The notes below the pieces were generated by a model. That model was not told the origin of the DNA and made no database searches. It worked only from the letters and a program-made list of their open reading frames with translations. Positions 17,276-24,826 of a stretch of DNA of 64,000 nt are shown here, in pieces. Location of the stretch: contig JBJHBW010000007.1 in the NCBI GenBank assembly GCA_050485685.1, forward strand, positions 5,950-69,949. The letters are read 5' to 3'. Position numbers and translations under genes: made by a program. The DNA comes from Gammaproteobacteria bacterium. GTDB lineage: Bacteria; Pseudomonadota; Gammaproteobacteria; Steroidobacterales; Rariloculaceae. Within the stretch, counting starts at the first letter, position 1; each line of letters starts with the position of its first letter.

Positions 17276-19554
17276 CAGGCGCCGGAATACCCAGCCCCGC
17301 GAGCGCGACACCAGCGACGCCGCCGATACCACGCGCCCGGAGGCTGGCACCGCTTGCCGGTGCGATAGCACTGACGCTCACAGCCATCACGACCGCGCAG
17401 GCTCAATCCGGCAACGATCGTGAGACGCAGCGTGAGGTCACGGTGGGCCTGGGCTGGCTGGATGAGGGTGCTTTCCGATACGGACGCTATACGGGACTCG
17501 TCAGCGCCGGATTACAGCCAAGGCTCGAATTCCGCATGCGCTCCATGCCGACCTGGGACGGAGACGACACGTTCTACTGGTCGGCGCAGGGCACACGTCT
17601 GGGGCAGGACTCGCGCCGCCTCAACCTCGAGGTCGGCGACGTCGGCAGGCAGCGCCTAACGCTGGAGCTGAGGCAGATTCCGCGTTACACCAGCGACAGC
17701 TCGCGTACGCCGTTTCAGGATGTGAACAGCGCATTCCTGAGCCTGCCTGCGGACTGGGAGACCACCGGCAATACGACCGCAAACCTGCCGTCACTCGGCA
17801 CGGCCCTGGATGACGTGAATCTGCGCGAGCGGCGCACGCGCTTCACACTGGGTTACCAGCGCGAACTCGACGCCCGGTGGCATTTCAACGTGAACTACCG
17901 GCACGAGCAGAAAGATGGCCGCCGACTGCTTGGCGGCACAACCGGCAGCACCGGCGGCAACGCCCGCGCAGCACAGCTGCCGGTACCGATAGACTTCACG
18001 ACCGAAGTCCTGGACCTGGGCATCACACGCACAACCGACCGCAGCAGCGCCGGTTTTTCCTATACAGGCTCTTTTTTCCGCAACGCGCATTCATCCGTGA
18101 GCTGGCAGGTACCTTTCGGACCGCATCCTCAGTGGGCCGATGGCGTGGGCTACCCGAACGGAATCGGCCGCCTGTCGCTGGAGCCGGATAACAGTTTCCA
18201 TCAGCTCGGTTTCGCCGCCGGTCATGCATTCAGCAGCACGCTGCGAATGAACCTGGGCCTGTCGTACGGGCGCATGATCCAGGATCAGGCCCTGCTGCCG
18301 TATACCGTGAATCCTGCGCTCGATGTGTCGACAGCACTGCCGCGCAGTTCACTGGACGGCCGCGTAGACCTGACGCGGTTCAATGTCGGCATCAGCGCAC
18401 GGCCGAGCCCGCGCCTGCAGGTCAATGCCACATACCGGTTCGATGACCGCAACGACCAGACTCCGCGTGAGGCCTGGCAGCTGATTCGCAGCGACTCCGA
18501 AGACCAGCGGGTCGTGGAACTGGCGCGCCTTAACCGGCCCTACAGCCTGCGCGAGCACAGCCTGCGTGCCGACGTCGGCTATCGGGTCAGTCGCGGCATT
18601 CGCCTGCAGGGCGGCTATCGCTACACCGATCAGAGTCGCGACTACTCTGAAGTCGACAGCGTTGAAGAACACCGCTACAGCATGGGCGTGCGTTTCAGTA
18701 CGCTGGATATCCTCGCACTGTCGCTGGACCTGCTGCACGCACGCCGCAGCATCGGTGACTACGTGGGTAACCGGCCACTGATCGAGACCCGTGTGCCGGG
18801 GACAGTGGGAGAGGATGACTTCGAGAATCATCCGTTGCTGCGCAAGTACTATCTCGCCGATCGCGATCGCGACGGCGCGCGGGTGCGCGCGGACATCCCG
18901 CTGGGCAGCGGTGCCAGTATCGGCATGTCGGCTGCTTACCATCGTGATGACTATCGCAACTCCGTGTTCGGCCTCACACGCGCCAGCATGCGTACCGCGA
19001 CACTGGATGGCAGCGTTTATCCGGCTGCCGACCTGCGCCTGACGGCGTTCGTCACGCTGGACCGCTACACGAACGAACAGGCCGGCCGGTCCTTCAACGC
19101 AACACCGGCGCAGCAGCAGGACCCGGAGCGCGACTGGTGGGTCAGCGGCCGTGACCGCTTCACGACCACCGGGCTGTCGGTGGGCATGGACAGCCTTGAG
19201 CAGCGCTGGGCCTGGCTGGGCGAACGTGCCGAAGGCCGCTCCGTGGCAGCAGGGCTTGATGTGGTCCACGCCGACTCGCGCGGCGCACTGAAAGTGCGCT
19301 CAGGTCCCGCGCTGACTACGTCCGATCTGCCGCCGCTGCGCACCCGCCTGAATTTCTACCGGCTGCACGCGAGCTACCCGCTGCGCAATGATGCACAGCT
19401 TCGGTTCGCACTCGAGCACGAGCGATATCGCAGCCGCGATTTCGGCTACGACAGCGTGGCCCCGGATACGATCCCTAACGTCCTGTCGTCGGGACATGAA
19501 AGCCCGCGATACCGCGTAAACTGGGTGGTCGTGTCCTACGCGGCACGTTTCTGA
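17272..19554 (+). CDS. MtrB/PioB-family decahaem-associated outer-membrane beta-barrel protein
   Basis: Within ORF 16903..19554 I start at ATG 17272, which overlaps the cytochrome stop (ATGA). It has a signal peptide (LAPLAGAIALTLTAITTAQA), about 730 aa of beta-strand-patterned sequence and ends ...VVSYAARF. The gene order, cytochrome then porin, is typical of MtrAB/PioAB/MtoAB. Confidence 0.85.
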   Translation: MTGAGIPSPASATPATPPIPRARRLAPLAGAIALTLTAITTAQAQSGNDRETQREVTVGLGWLDEGAFRYGRYTGLVSAGLQPRLEFRMRSMPTWDGDDTFYWSAQGTRLGQDSRRLNLEVGDVGRQRLTLELRQIPRYTSDSSRTPFQDVNSAFLSLPADWETTGNTTANLPSLGTALDDVNLRERRTRFTLGYQRELDARWHFNVNYRHEQKDGRRLLGGTTGSTGGNARAAQLPVPIDFTTEVLDLGITRTTDRSSAGFSYTGSFFRNAHSSVSWQVPFGPHPQWADGVGYPNGIGRLSLEPDNSFHQLGFAAGHAFSSTLRMNLGLSYGRMIQDQALLPYTVNPALDVSTALPRSSLDGRVDLTRFNVGISARPSPRLQVNATYRFDDRNDQTPREAWQLIRSDSEDQRVVELARLNRPYSLREHSLRADVGYRVSRGIRLQGGYRYTDQSRDYSEVDSVEEHRYSMGVRFSTLDILALSLDLLHARRSIGDYVGNRPLIETRVPGTVGEDDFENHPLLRKYYLADRDRDGARVRADIPLGSGASIGMSAAYHRDDYRNSVFGLTRASMRTATLDGSVYPAADLRLTAFVTLDRYTNEQAGRSFNATPAQQQDPERDWWVSGRDRFTTTGLSVGMDSLEQRWAWLGERAEGRSVAAGLDVVHADSRGALKVRSGPALTTSDLPPLRTRLNFYRLHASYPLRNDAQLRFALEHERYRSRDFGYDSVAPDTIPNVLSSGHESPRYRVNWVVVSYAARF

Positions 19555-19628
19555 GGAAGAAAACGAGCCGCCGGGCCGACCGACGCACTTTCGCGCCACG
19601 CAGGATCCCGAGGAGGCAATAACAGAAA

Positions 19629-20966
19629 ATGGTTCGACATCGGGCAACAATGCTGCTCTGGCTGATCGCGGTTGTGCCGGGAGCAATCGCGATCGCGTAT
19701 CTGCGTGGCCCAGACCTGCAAAGCCCGGGCGCCATGCTGAATTTCGCGGGAAGGGTGACCGGTATCGCGGGCCTCGCTTTCCTGCTCGTGGCCGCGATAC
19801 TGAGCTGCCGGGTGCCGGGATTTGACCGGCCTTTCGGCGGGCTGACCAAGCTCTGGCAGTCCCACCACAAACTCGGCGGCGTCGCGTTCCTGTTTCTGCT
19901 CGCGCACCCTCTCCTGCTGGCGATCGGCGCCGCAGAAGCCTCGCTGACGGCAGCTTCGCAGACGCTGATTCCGACCACGCTGAACTGGCCCGTGATCATG
20001 GGCTGGATCGCGCTGCTCGCGATGATGGTGTTCCTCGCACCCAGCTTCAAATTCTTCGGCGAACCCGACTACCAGCGATGGCGTAATGTCCATCGACTGG
20101 CAGCACTGGCAGTGGTCACCGGTCTCGCGCATACGTTTTATCTCGCGCGCACGATACCGGATCCGCTGAACACACTGATCTGGCTGCTGCTGGCGCTGGC
20201 TGCGGTGGCCGCAGTCTCATATCGGCTTGTGTTCTCACGACGCATCGGTCGACTTCGCTATACCGTTGCCGAAGTTGCCAGACCCGCCAACAACGTCGTT
20301 GAACTTGCCCTTGCACCGCAGGGCGCGGCACTGCGCCACGAGGCCGGGCAGTTTGTCTATCTCACGCCGTTCGATCGCACCCTGAAAGCGGGGTATGCAG
20401 AAGAACACCCCTACACCCTGTCATCCGCGCCCGGCGAAGTTCATCTGCGCATTGCGATCAAGGATCTCGGCGATGCCAGCCGCGCCATTCAGCAGATCGC
20501 CACGGGCAGCGAAGTGGGCGTGGAAGGTCCGTATGGCTATTTCTTCAAGTCCCCGGAACCACGCACGCCGGAGCTGTGGATTGCGGGCGGCATAGGCATT
20601 ACACCGTTCCTCGGCCGCGCCCGGCACCTGGCAGCGCTGGCTGAGGAGCGCGGAAGCATCGGCCGGACTGCAGCCGAAGCCGACATCATTCTCGTCTACT
20701 GCGTACAGGATGAAGGTCGCCAGCTGTTCGACGACGAATTCCTGGAGTTGACTCGCGTCGTTCCGGGATTCAGGCTGGTCATGCACTATTTCTATCGCGA
20801 AGGGCCACTGTCGCACGCATTCCTGAACGAACACTGTCCGCGACTGTCCGAACGGGAAACCTACATATGCGGCCCGCAACCGCTGGTTGATGCGGCACGA
20901 GGCGCGTTGCTTGCCGGTGGTACGGGCCGCGAACGTATTCATACTGAGGAATTCAATCTCCTGTGA
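19629..20966 (+). CDS. NOX/FRE-type transmembrane ferric-reductase-domain flavocytochrome b with FAD/NAD(P)H-binding domain
   Basis: RBS GAGGAGG. Two His pairs at 13-residue spacing sit in TM helices (HHKLGGVAFLFLLAH; HRLAALAVVTGLAH). It has the FAD motif HPYTLSS and the NAD(P)H motif IAGGIGITPFLG. Confidence 0.85.
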   Translation: MVRHRATMLLWLIAVVPGAIAIAYLRGPDLQSPGAMLNFAGRVTGIAGLAFLLVAAILSCRVPGFDRPFGGLTKLWQSHHKLGGVAFLFLLAHPLLLAIGAAEASLTAASQTLIPTTLNWPVIMGWIALLAMMVFLAPSFKFFGEPDYQRWRNVHRLAALAVVTGLAHTFYLARTIPDPLNTLIWLLLALAAVAAVSYRLVFSRRIGRLRYTVAEVARPANNVVELALAPQGAALRHEAGQFVYLTPFDRTLKAGYAEEHPYTLSSAPGEVHLRIAIKDLGDASRAIQQIATGSEVGVEGPYGYFFKSPEPRTPELWIAGGIGITPFLGRARHLAALAEERGSIGRTAAEADIILVYCVQDEGRQLFDDEFLELTRVVPGFRLVMHYFYREGPLSHAFLNEHCPRLSERETYICGPQPLVDAARGALLAGGTGRERIHTEEFNLL

Positions 20967-20990
20967 GGGGATTGCTGCAGAGAGGCTGAC

Positions 20991-21350
20991 ATGAAGAAAG
21001 TGACTTTTGCGGCGTTTGTCGCGTTCTGGGCCGGTATTGTCGTCATTGTCGGCGTTGCGCAGCTTGCATCGGACCGGGCTGCTGCCGATGAGGACGCCCT
21101 TCCGGTCATCACACTGGAACAACTCGCCGAACACGATCATGACGAGTCGTGCTGGATGGCCATCGAGGGCCGGGTCTACGACTTCACCGATTACGTTCCG
21201 CAACATCCGACGCCGCCGGCGATCATGCTGGCATGGTGCGGTCGTGAAGCGACCGAAGGTATGCGCACCAAAGGCTACGGTCGCGATCACAGCCCCGCCG
21301 CCTGGGCCATGATGGACGACTACGTGGTCGGCATCCTTGCCGGAGACTGA
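20991..21350 (+). CDS. membrane-anchored cytochrome b5-like haem-binding domain protein
   Basis: N-terminal MKK plus a TM (VTFAAFVAFWAGIVVIVGVAQLA), then a b5-like domain (LEQLAEHDHDESCWMAIEGRVYDFTDYVPQHP...). It starts 24 nt after the FRE-like gene. Confidence 0.75.
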   Translation: MKKVTFAAFVAFWAGIVVIVGVAQLASDRAAADEDALPVITLEQLAEHDHDESCWMAIEGRVYDFTDYVPQHPTPPAIMLAWCGREATEGMRTKGYGRDHSPAAWAMMDDYVVGILAGD

Positions 21351-21353
21351 GCC

Positions 21354-21992
21354 CTGCCGCGAAACCCTCGCGACGCGGACGCCATCCGGGAGGATTACGC
21401 GCGCCTGGCCGCCGACTACGAACGGCGCTGGGCCGCTTTCAATTCGGCCACCCGCCACTGGGTTTACGCGCACTGGCCAGTGCTGCCCAACGACGCCACT
21501 GTGCTCGATATCGCCTGCGGCACCGGGGCCTGGCTTCAGTCCCTTGCCGCTCACTCGCCGGGATTGCGCCTGGTTGGCCTGGACCTGAGTCCCGCCCAAC
21601 TCGCACAAGCCAGGCGCAGGTTGCCCGACGCTACGCTGATCGAGGCCGATGCCGACCTGCCACCGTTCGTTGCTGACGCCTTCGATGTGATCTGTTCGCT
21701 TAACGTGCTGCATCACCTGACCGACCCCCGGGCGCACCTGCGCATGCTGGTGACCCTGGCACGACCCGGAGCCAGCGTGTTTGTCGTCACCTTTTCACGC
21801 GACCGCACACCGGCGACACGAGTCGCCAGCCGCTGGTTGCTGAGACGGCAACCGACCTGGCGACAGGTGCTGTCCATCGCCGCGTTACGTGACATGATCA
21901 GCGCGGAACCAGGCCTTGAAGTCACAGACGAGGCGGAGTTCCCCGCCGGGCGTTTCTGGTATCTGCAGGCCTGGCAGCTCAACGTGACATAA
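21354..21992 (+). CDS. class I SAM-dependent methyltransferase (start codon unresolved)
   Basis: SAM motif I is VLDIACGTGAW, followed by LVGLDLSPAQL and DVICSLNVLHHL. The first canonical start is GTG 21480. However, the same frame reads DAIREDYARLAADYERRWAAFNSATRHWVYAHWP from 21351, immediately after the b5 TGA. That looks like a genuine methyltransferase N-terminus, and only CTG 21354 is available there as a start. Confidence 0.7.
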   Translation: MPRNPRDADAIREDYARLAADYERRWAAFNSATRHWVYAHWPVLPNDATVLDIACGTGAWLQSLAAHSPGLRLVGLDLSPAQLAQARRRLPDATLIEADADLPPFVADAFDVICSLNVLHHLTDPRAHLRMLVTLARPGASVFVVTFSRDRTPATRVASRWLLRRQPTWRQVLSIAALRDMISAEPGLEVTDEAEFPAGRFWYLQAWQLNVT

Positions 21993-22006
21993 GGAGCAGG
22001 CAACAC

Positions 22007-22384
22007 ATGCACGAACTGCTTGAAGCCTGGGTGGCATGGATAGTCCCCGCGATCCAGGCCGTGGGCGTGGTCATCGTCCTGTGGGGCGTCATCGAAGCGC
22101 TGTTGGCACTGGCACGTCGTGCACTTCAGCGCTTGACGGGCACCCACCCGCGCACCGGGCTTGGCGCCATACGCATCTCGATTGGCCGCAAGATGGTGCT
22201 TTCACTGGAGTTTTTCATTGCCAGCGATATCATTCAGACGGTCGTGATCCCGACCTGGGAGTCGCTGGGCATGCTGGCCGGCATTGTCGCGATCCGCACC
22301 GTGATCGCCTATTTCATCGAGTACGAGATGCGCCAGGGCAGCCCGGATAGGGATGGCGAGGGCGGCGAAAGATCCGGGAAATAG
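22007..22384 (+). CDS. DUF1622-like small membrane protein
   Basis: RBS AAGGAG. 125 aa with TM segments (IVPAIQAVGVVIVLWGVIEALLALA; MVLSLEFFIASDIIQTVV). It starts 14 nt after the methyltransferase gene. Confidence 0.65.
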   Translation: MHELLEAWVAWIVPAIQAVGVVIVLWGVIEALLALARRALQRLTGTHPRTGLGAIRISIGRKMVLSLEFFIASDIIQTVVIPTWESLGMLAGIVAIRTVIAYFIEYEMRQGSPDRDGEGGERSGK

Positions 22385-22441
22385 CCCCGGCTGTGATTGC
22401 CCGACTTGGCCACCGTGCCGCAATGTGGTATCTATAGCGCC

Positions 22442-22525
22442 ATGATTGCGTCCCATACCCGTTTTTACTTTTGGTACTACGGTTTTCCGATGCCGCTGGC
22501 GGAGGAAGGGATGCGGTCGGCCTGA
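22442..22525 (+). CDS. candidate aromatic-amino-acid attenuation leader peptide (27 aa: MIASHTRFYFWYYGFPMPLAEEGMRSA)
   Basis: A short ORF whose codons 8-15 read F-Y-F-W-Y-Y-G-F (22463-22486). It lies upstream of a terminator/antiterminator pair and the DAHP synthase gene. I see no clear Shine-Dalgarno sequence before ATG 22442. Confidence 0.55.
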   Translation: MIASHTRFYFWYYGFPMPLAEEGMRSA

Positions 22526-22551
22526 CAGGAACCGAACGAGCATTTCGAAAA

Positions 22552-22580
22552 AGCCGCCAGCGTCCCTGGCGGCTTTTTTT
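22552..22580 (+). terminator. intrinsic terminator (attenuator) in the DAHP synthase 5' leader
   Basis: AGCCGCCAG (22552-22560) pairs with CTGGCGGCT (22566-22574) around the loop CGTCC, followed by a T7 run (22574-22580). It lies 46 nt upstream of the aro gene ATG. The upstream CGCTGGCGG (22494-22502) can pair with the left arm (22554-22562) as an antiterminator. Confidence 0.75.
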
Positions 22581-22626
22581 ATGTCGCAGGGATTCCCGGG
22601 GCCGATCGACAACAGGAGACTGACCA

Positions 22627-23703
22627 ATGCCCCCGCATACTGATGATCTGAGGATCAGCGAATTCGAGCCGCTGGATCCGCCAGCCGTCGTGATCGACGA
22701 GCTGCCCTGCGAGGAGCAGGTGTCCGCGACTGTCGCCGACGCTCGGCGCACGCTGCATCACATTCTGCATGGCGAGGACGATCGCGTCGCTGTCGTGATC
22801 GGTCCGTGTTCCATACATGATCCGAAGGCGGCGATGGAATACGCCCGCAGGCTGCTGCCGCTGCGCGAAGAGCTCAGTGACGCGCTTGAGATCGTGATGC
22901 GCGTGTATTTCGAGAAGCCGCGCACCACGGTGGGCTGGAAAGGCCTGATCAACGATCCGGATCTGGATGGAAGCTACCGTATCAACAAGGGTCTGCGCCT
23001 GGCGCGAAGGCTCCTGCGGGATATCAACGCGATGGGCCTGCCCGCCGGTTGTGAATATCTCGATGTTATCTCGCCGCAGTACGTTTCCGATCTCGTCGCC
23101 TGGGGCGCAATCGGTGCGCGTACCACCGAGAGCCAGGTGCACCGCGAAATGGCATCGGGTCTGTCCTGTCCGGTAGGCTTCAAGAACGGTACCGGCGGAA
23201 CGATTCGCATCGCGGTGGATGCGATCCGTGCCGCTTCACAACCACATCATTTCCTGGCCGTGATGAAGGACGGCCGATGTGCGGTCGCATCCACGACCGG
23301 CAATCCCGACGTGCATGTGATCCTGCGCGGCGGGCGCAAGCCGAACTACGACGCCGCCAGCGTTGCGGAAACCTGCCATCTGCTGGAGGAAGCCGGCATG
23401 CCAGCGCGCGTGATGATCGATGCCAGCCATGCGAATAGCGGCAAGAAGCCGGAAAACCAGCCGGCGGTAATCGACGATATCGCCCGCCAGATCGAGAACG
23501 GCGAACAGCGAATCGTGGGCGTCATGATCGAGAGCCACCTGGTCGGTGGTCGTCAGGATCTGAGCCCCGGCAAACCGCTGGTATACGGCCAGAGCATTAC
23601 CGACGGGTGTCTGGGATGGGATGACTCGGTTGCGACTCTGCACAGACTGGCGTCCGCGGTGCGCAGCAGACGTGAGGGTGTCGCGAAAGACGCCGCCGCC
23701 TGA
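22627..23703 (+). CDS. aroG: 3-deoxy-7-phosphoheptulonate (DAHP) synthase, class I (AroF/G/H type)
   Basis: RBS AGGAG. 358 aa with the conserved block YFEKPRTTVGWKGLINDPDLDGS and typical length and termini. Isoenzyme specificity cannot be assigned. Confidence 0.9.
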   Translation: MPPHTDDLRISEFEPLDPPAVVIDELPCEEQVSATVADARRTLHHILHGEDDRVAVVIGPCSIHDPKAAMEYARRLLPLREELSDALEIVMRVYFEKPRTTVGWKGLINDPDLDGSYRINKGLRLARRLLRDINAMGLPAGCEYLDVISPQYVSDLVAWGAIGARTTESQVHREMASGLSCPVGFKNGTGGTIRIAVDAIRAASQPHHFLAVMKDGRCAVASTTGNPDVHVILRGGRKPNYDAASVAETCHLLEEAGMPARVMIDASHANSGKKPENQPAVIDDIARQIENGEQRIVGVMIESHLVGGRQDLSPGKPLVYGQSITDGCLGWDDSVATLHRLASAVRSRREGVAKDAAA

Positions 23704-23706
23704 TTC

Positions 23707-24384
23707 GTGACACGCCGCACCGCCGCGACTGACATCATCCTCGCAGTCGCGCTGCTGCTGGGGCTGAGCGCGCTGGCTGGTCCGCTGATCTCATCGCTGC
23801 CGGAGGATCTGCTGCCGCCTTTGCTCCTGATCGCCATCGTGCAGGGTGCGATCGTGCTCACGGTGGTCGCAGTGCTGCTGCATCGCCGCGAACAGACGCT
23901 GCGTTCCATTGGATTGCTGCGCCCTGCCACGCAAGACCTGCGGCGCGGGTTCTTCGCCGTGATGATGGCGATAGGCCTGTCGTTTGTGTTCAACCTGATG
24001 GTGCTGGCCGTTGCGCCTGATGCATTCGATACCCACAGCGAAAGGCTGACACAGGTCGCCGGCGCGCTGGCTTCCGATGCATCACTGCCTGCGCTGTTGC
24101 TGGCAGTCATGCTGATCGGCTTCTACGAGGAAGTGCTTGCACGCGGGCTGCTGCTGCATCGCAGCCGAACGGTGTTTCAGGGCCACTGGCCGCCAGTGCT
24201 CGCATCCTCGCTGCTGTTCGGTCTGGGGCATGTCTATCAGGGCTGGACTGGCGTGGTGCAGACCATGCTGATAGGCATGCTGTTTGCCCACCTGACGATA
24301 CGCTGGGGAACGCTGTGGCCGGTCATCATCGCGCACGCGGCGCTGAACGGTTTCTCTATCGCCGCGCTGAATGCAATGAGCTGA
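23707..24384 (+). CDS. CPBP-family intramembrane glutamic endopeptidase (CAAX protease-like)
   Basis: GTG start 3 nt after the aro stop. Motifs EEVLARGLL (EExxxR), FGLGHVY (FxxxH) and HAALN, in a polytopic membrane protein. Confidence 0.8.
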   Translation: MTRRTAATDIILAVALLLGLSALAGPLISSLPEDLLPPLLLIAIVQGAIVLTVVAVLLHRREQTLRSIGLLRPATQDLRRGFFAVMMAIGLSFVFNLMVLAVAPDAFDTHSERLTQVAGALASDASLPALLLAVMLIGFYEEVLARGLLLHRSRTVFQGHWPPVLASSLLFGLGHVYQGWTGVVQTMLIGMLFAHLTIRWGTLWPVIIAHAALNGFSIAALNAMS

Positions 24385-24460
24385 ACCGGACGCCGATCTC
24401 GCGCCTGCGGTGAGCCACGGGTATCATCGCATCAGAACTTTCCGGATCGGGGCTGAGCAG

Positions 24461-24826
24461 GTGAAGAAAGCAAAACTGTGGATCGCGCTCGCGCTGCTGG
24501 TACTGGTCATCACGCTGGTGTTGCAGAACCGGGCCCCCGTCAGCACCAATTTTCTGTTCTTCACGTTCACGATGCCGCGCGCAACCCTGCTGGCGCTGAC
24601 GCTGCTGGTCGGCATTGCGGTCGGCATCCTGATGTCCCTGGCACTGGCAGCGCGGCGAAACAGATCCGAACCTGCTTCTGAGAGTAACAAACGCAATAAT
24701 GCGACCGCCAGCAGCCACGGCGAAACGGGCCGTATCGAGACCACCCATGGCGATCCCGACCGACCTGAGAGCGACGATGGTACAGGCGGCCTGGGCGCGC
24801 CCGGATCAGGACGCGGTGGTGAGTGA
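24461..24826 (+). CDS. LapA/DUF1049-like inner-membrane protein with a disordered C-terminal tail
   Basis: I prefer GTG 24461 (VKKAKLWIALALLVLVITLVLQNRAPVSTNFLFFTFTMPRATLLALTLLVGIAVGILMSLA) within ORF 24410..24826. Its 3' end overlaps the convergent trpS by 21 nt. Confidence 0.6.
   Translation: MKKAKLWIALALLVLVITLVLQNRAPVSTNFLFFTFTMPRATLLALTLLVGIAVGILMSLALAARRNRSEPASESNKRNNATASSHGETGRIETTHGDPDRPESDDGTGGLGAPGSGRGGE

Noticed and set aside
21348-21350. TGA between b5 and the methyltransferase as a selenocysteine codon
   Set aside because: No SECIS-like hairpin is evident immediately downstream, the context is not a redox-active Cys/Sec site, and no sel genes are in the window.
20421-21737. 438-aa minus-strand ORF spanning the FRE-like, b5 and methyltransferase genes, plus 7706..8683 and 8753..9736 opposite the tetR and MFP genes
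   Set aside because: The plus-strand products carry clear cofactor or HTH motifs, whereas the minus-strand translations do not. An ORF crossing three genuine genes on the other strand is implausible.
22446-22643. 65-aa ORF (MRPIPVFTFGTTVF...) across the aro leader region
   Set aside because: It runs straight through the intrinsic terminator and into the DAHP synthase start. The alternative-frame 27-codon aromatic-rich ORF explains the region better.
24806-24826. 21-nt convergent overlap of the LapA-like gene and trpS as a regulatory antisense arrangement
   Set aside because: The overlap involves only the disordered, low-complexity tail of the LapA-like ORF. Short 3'-3' overlaps are common in compact genomes, and there is no further supporting structure.
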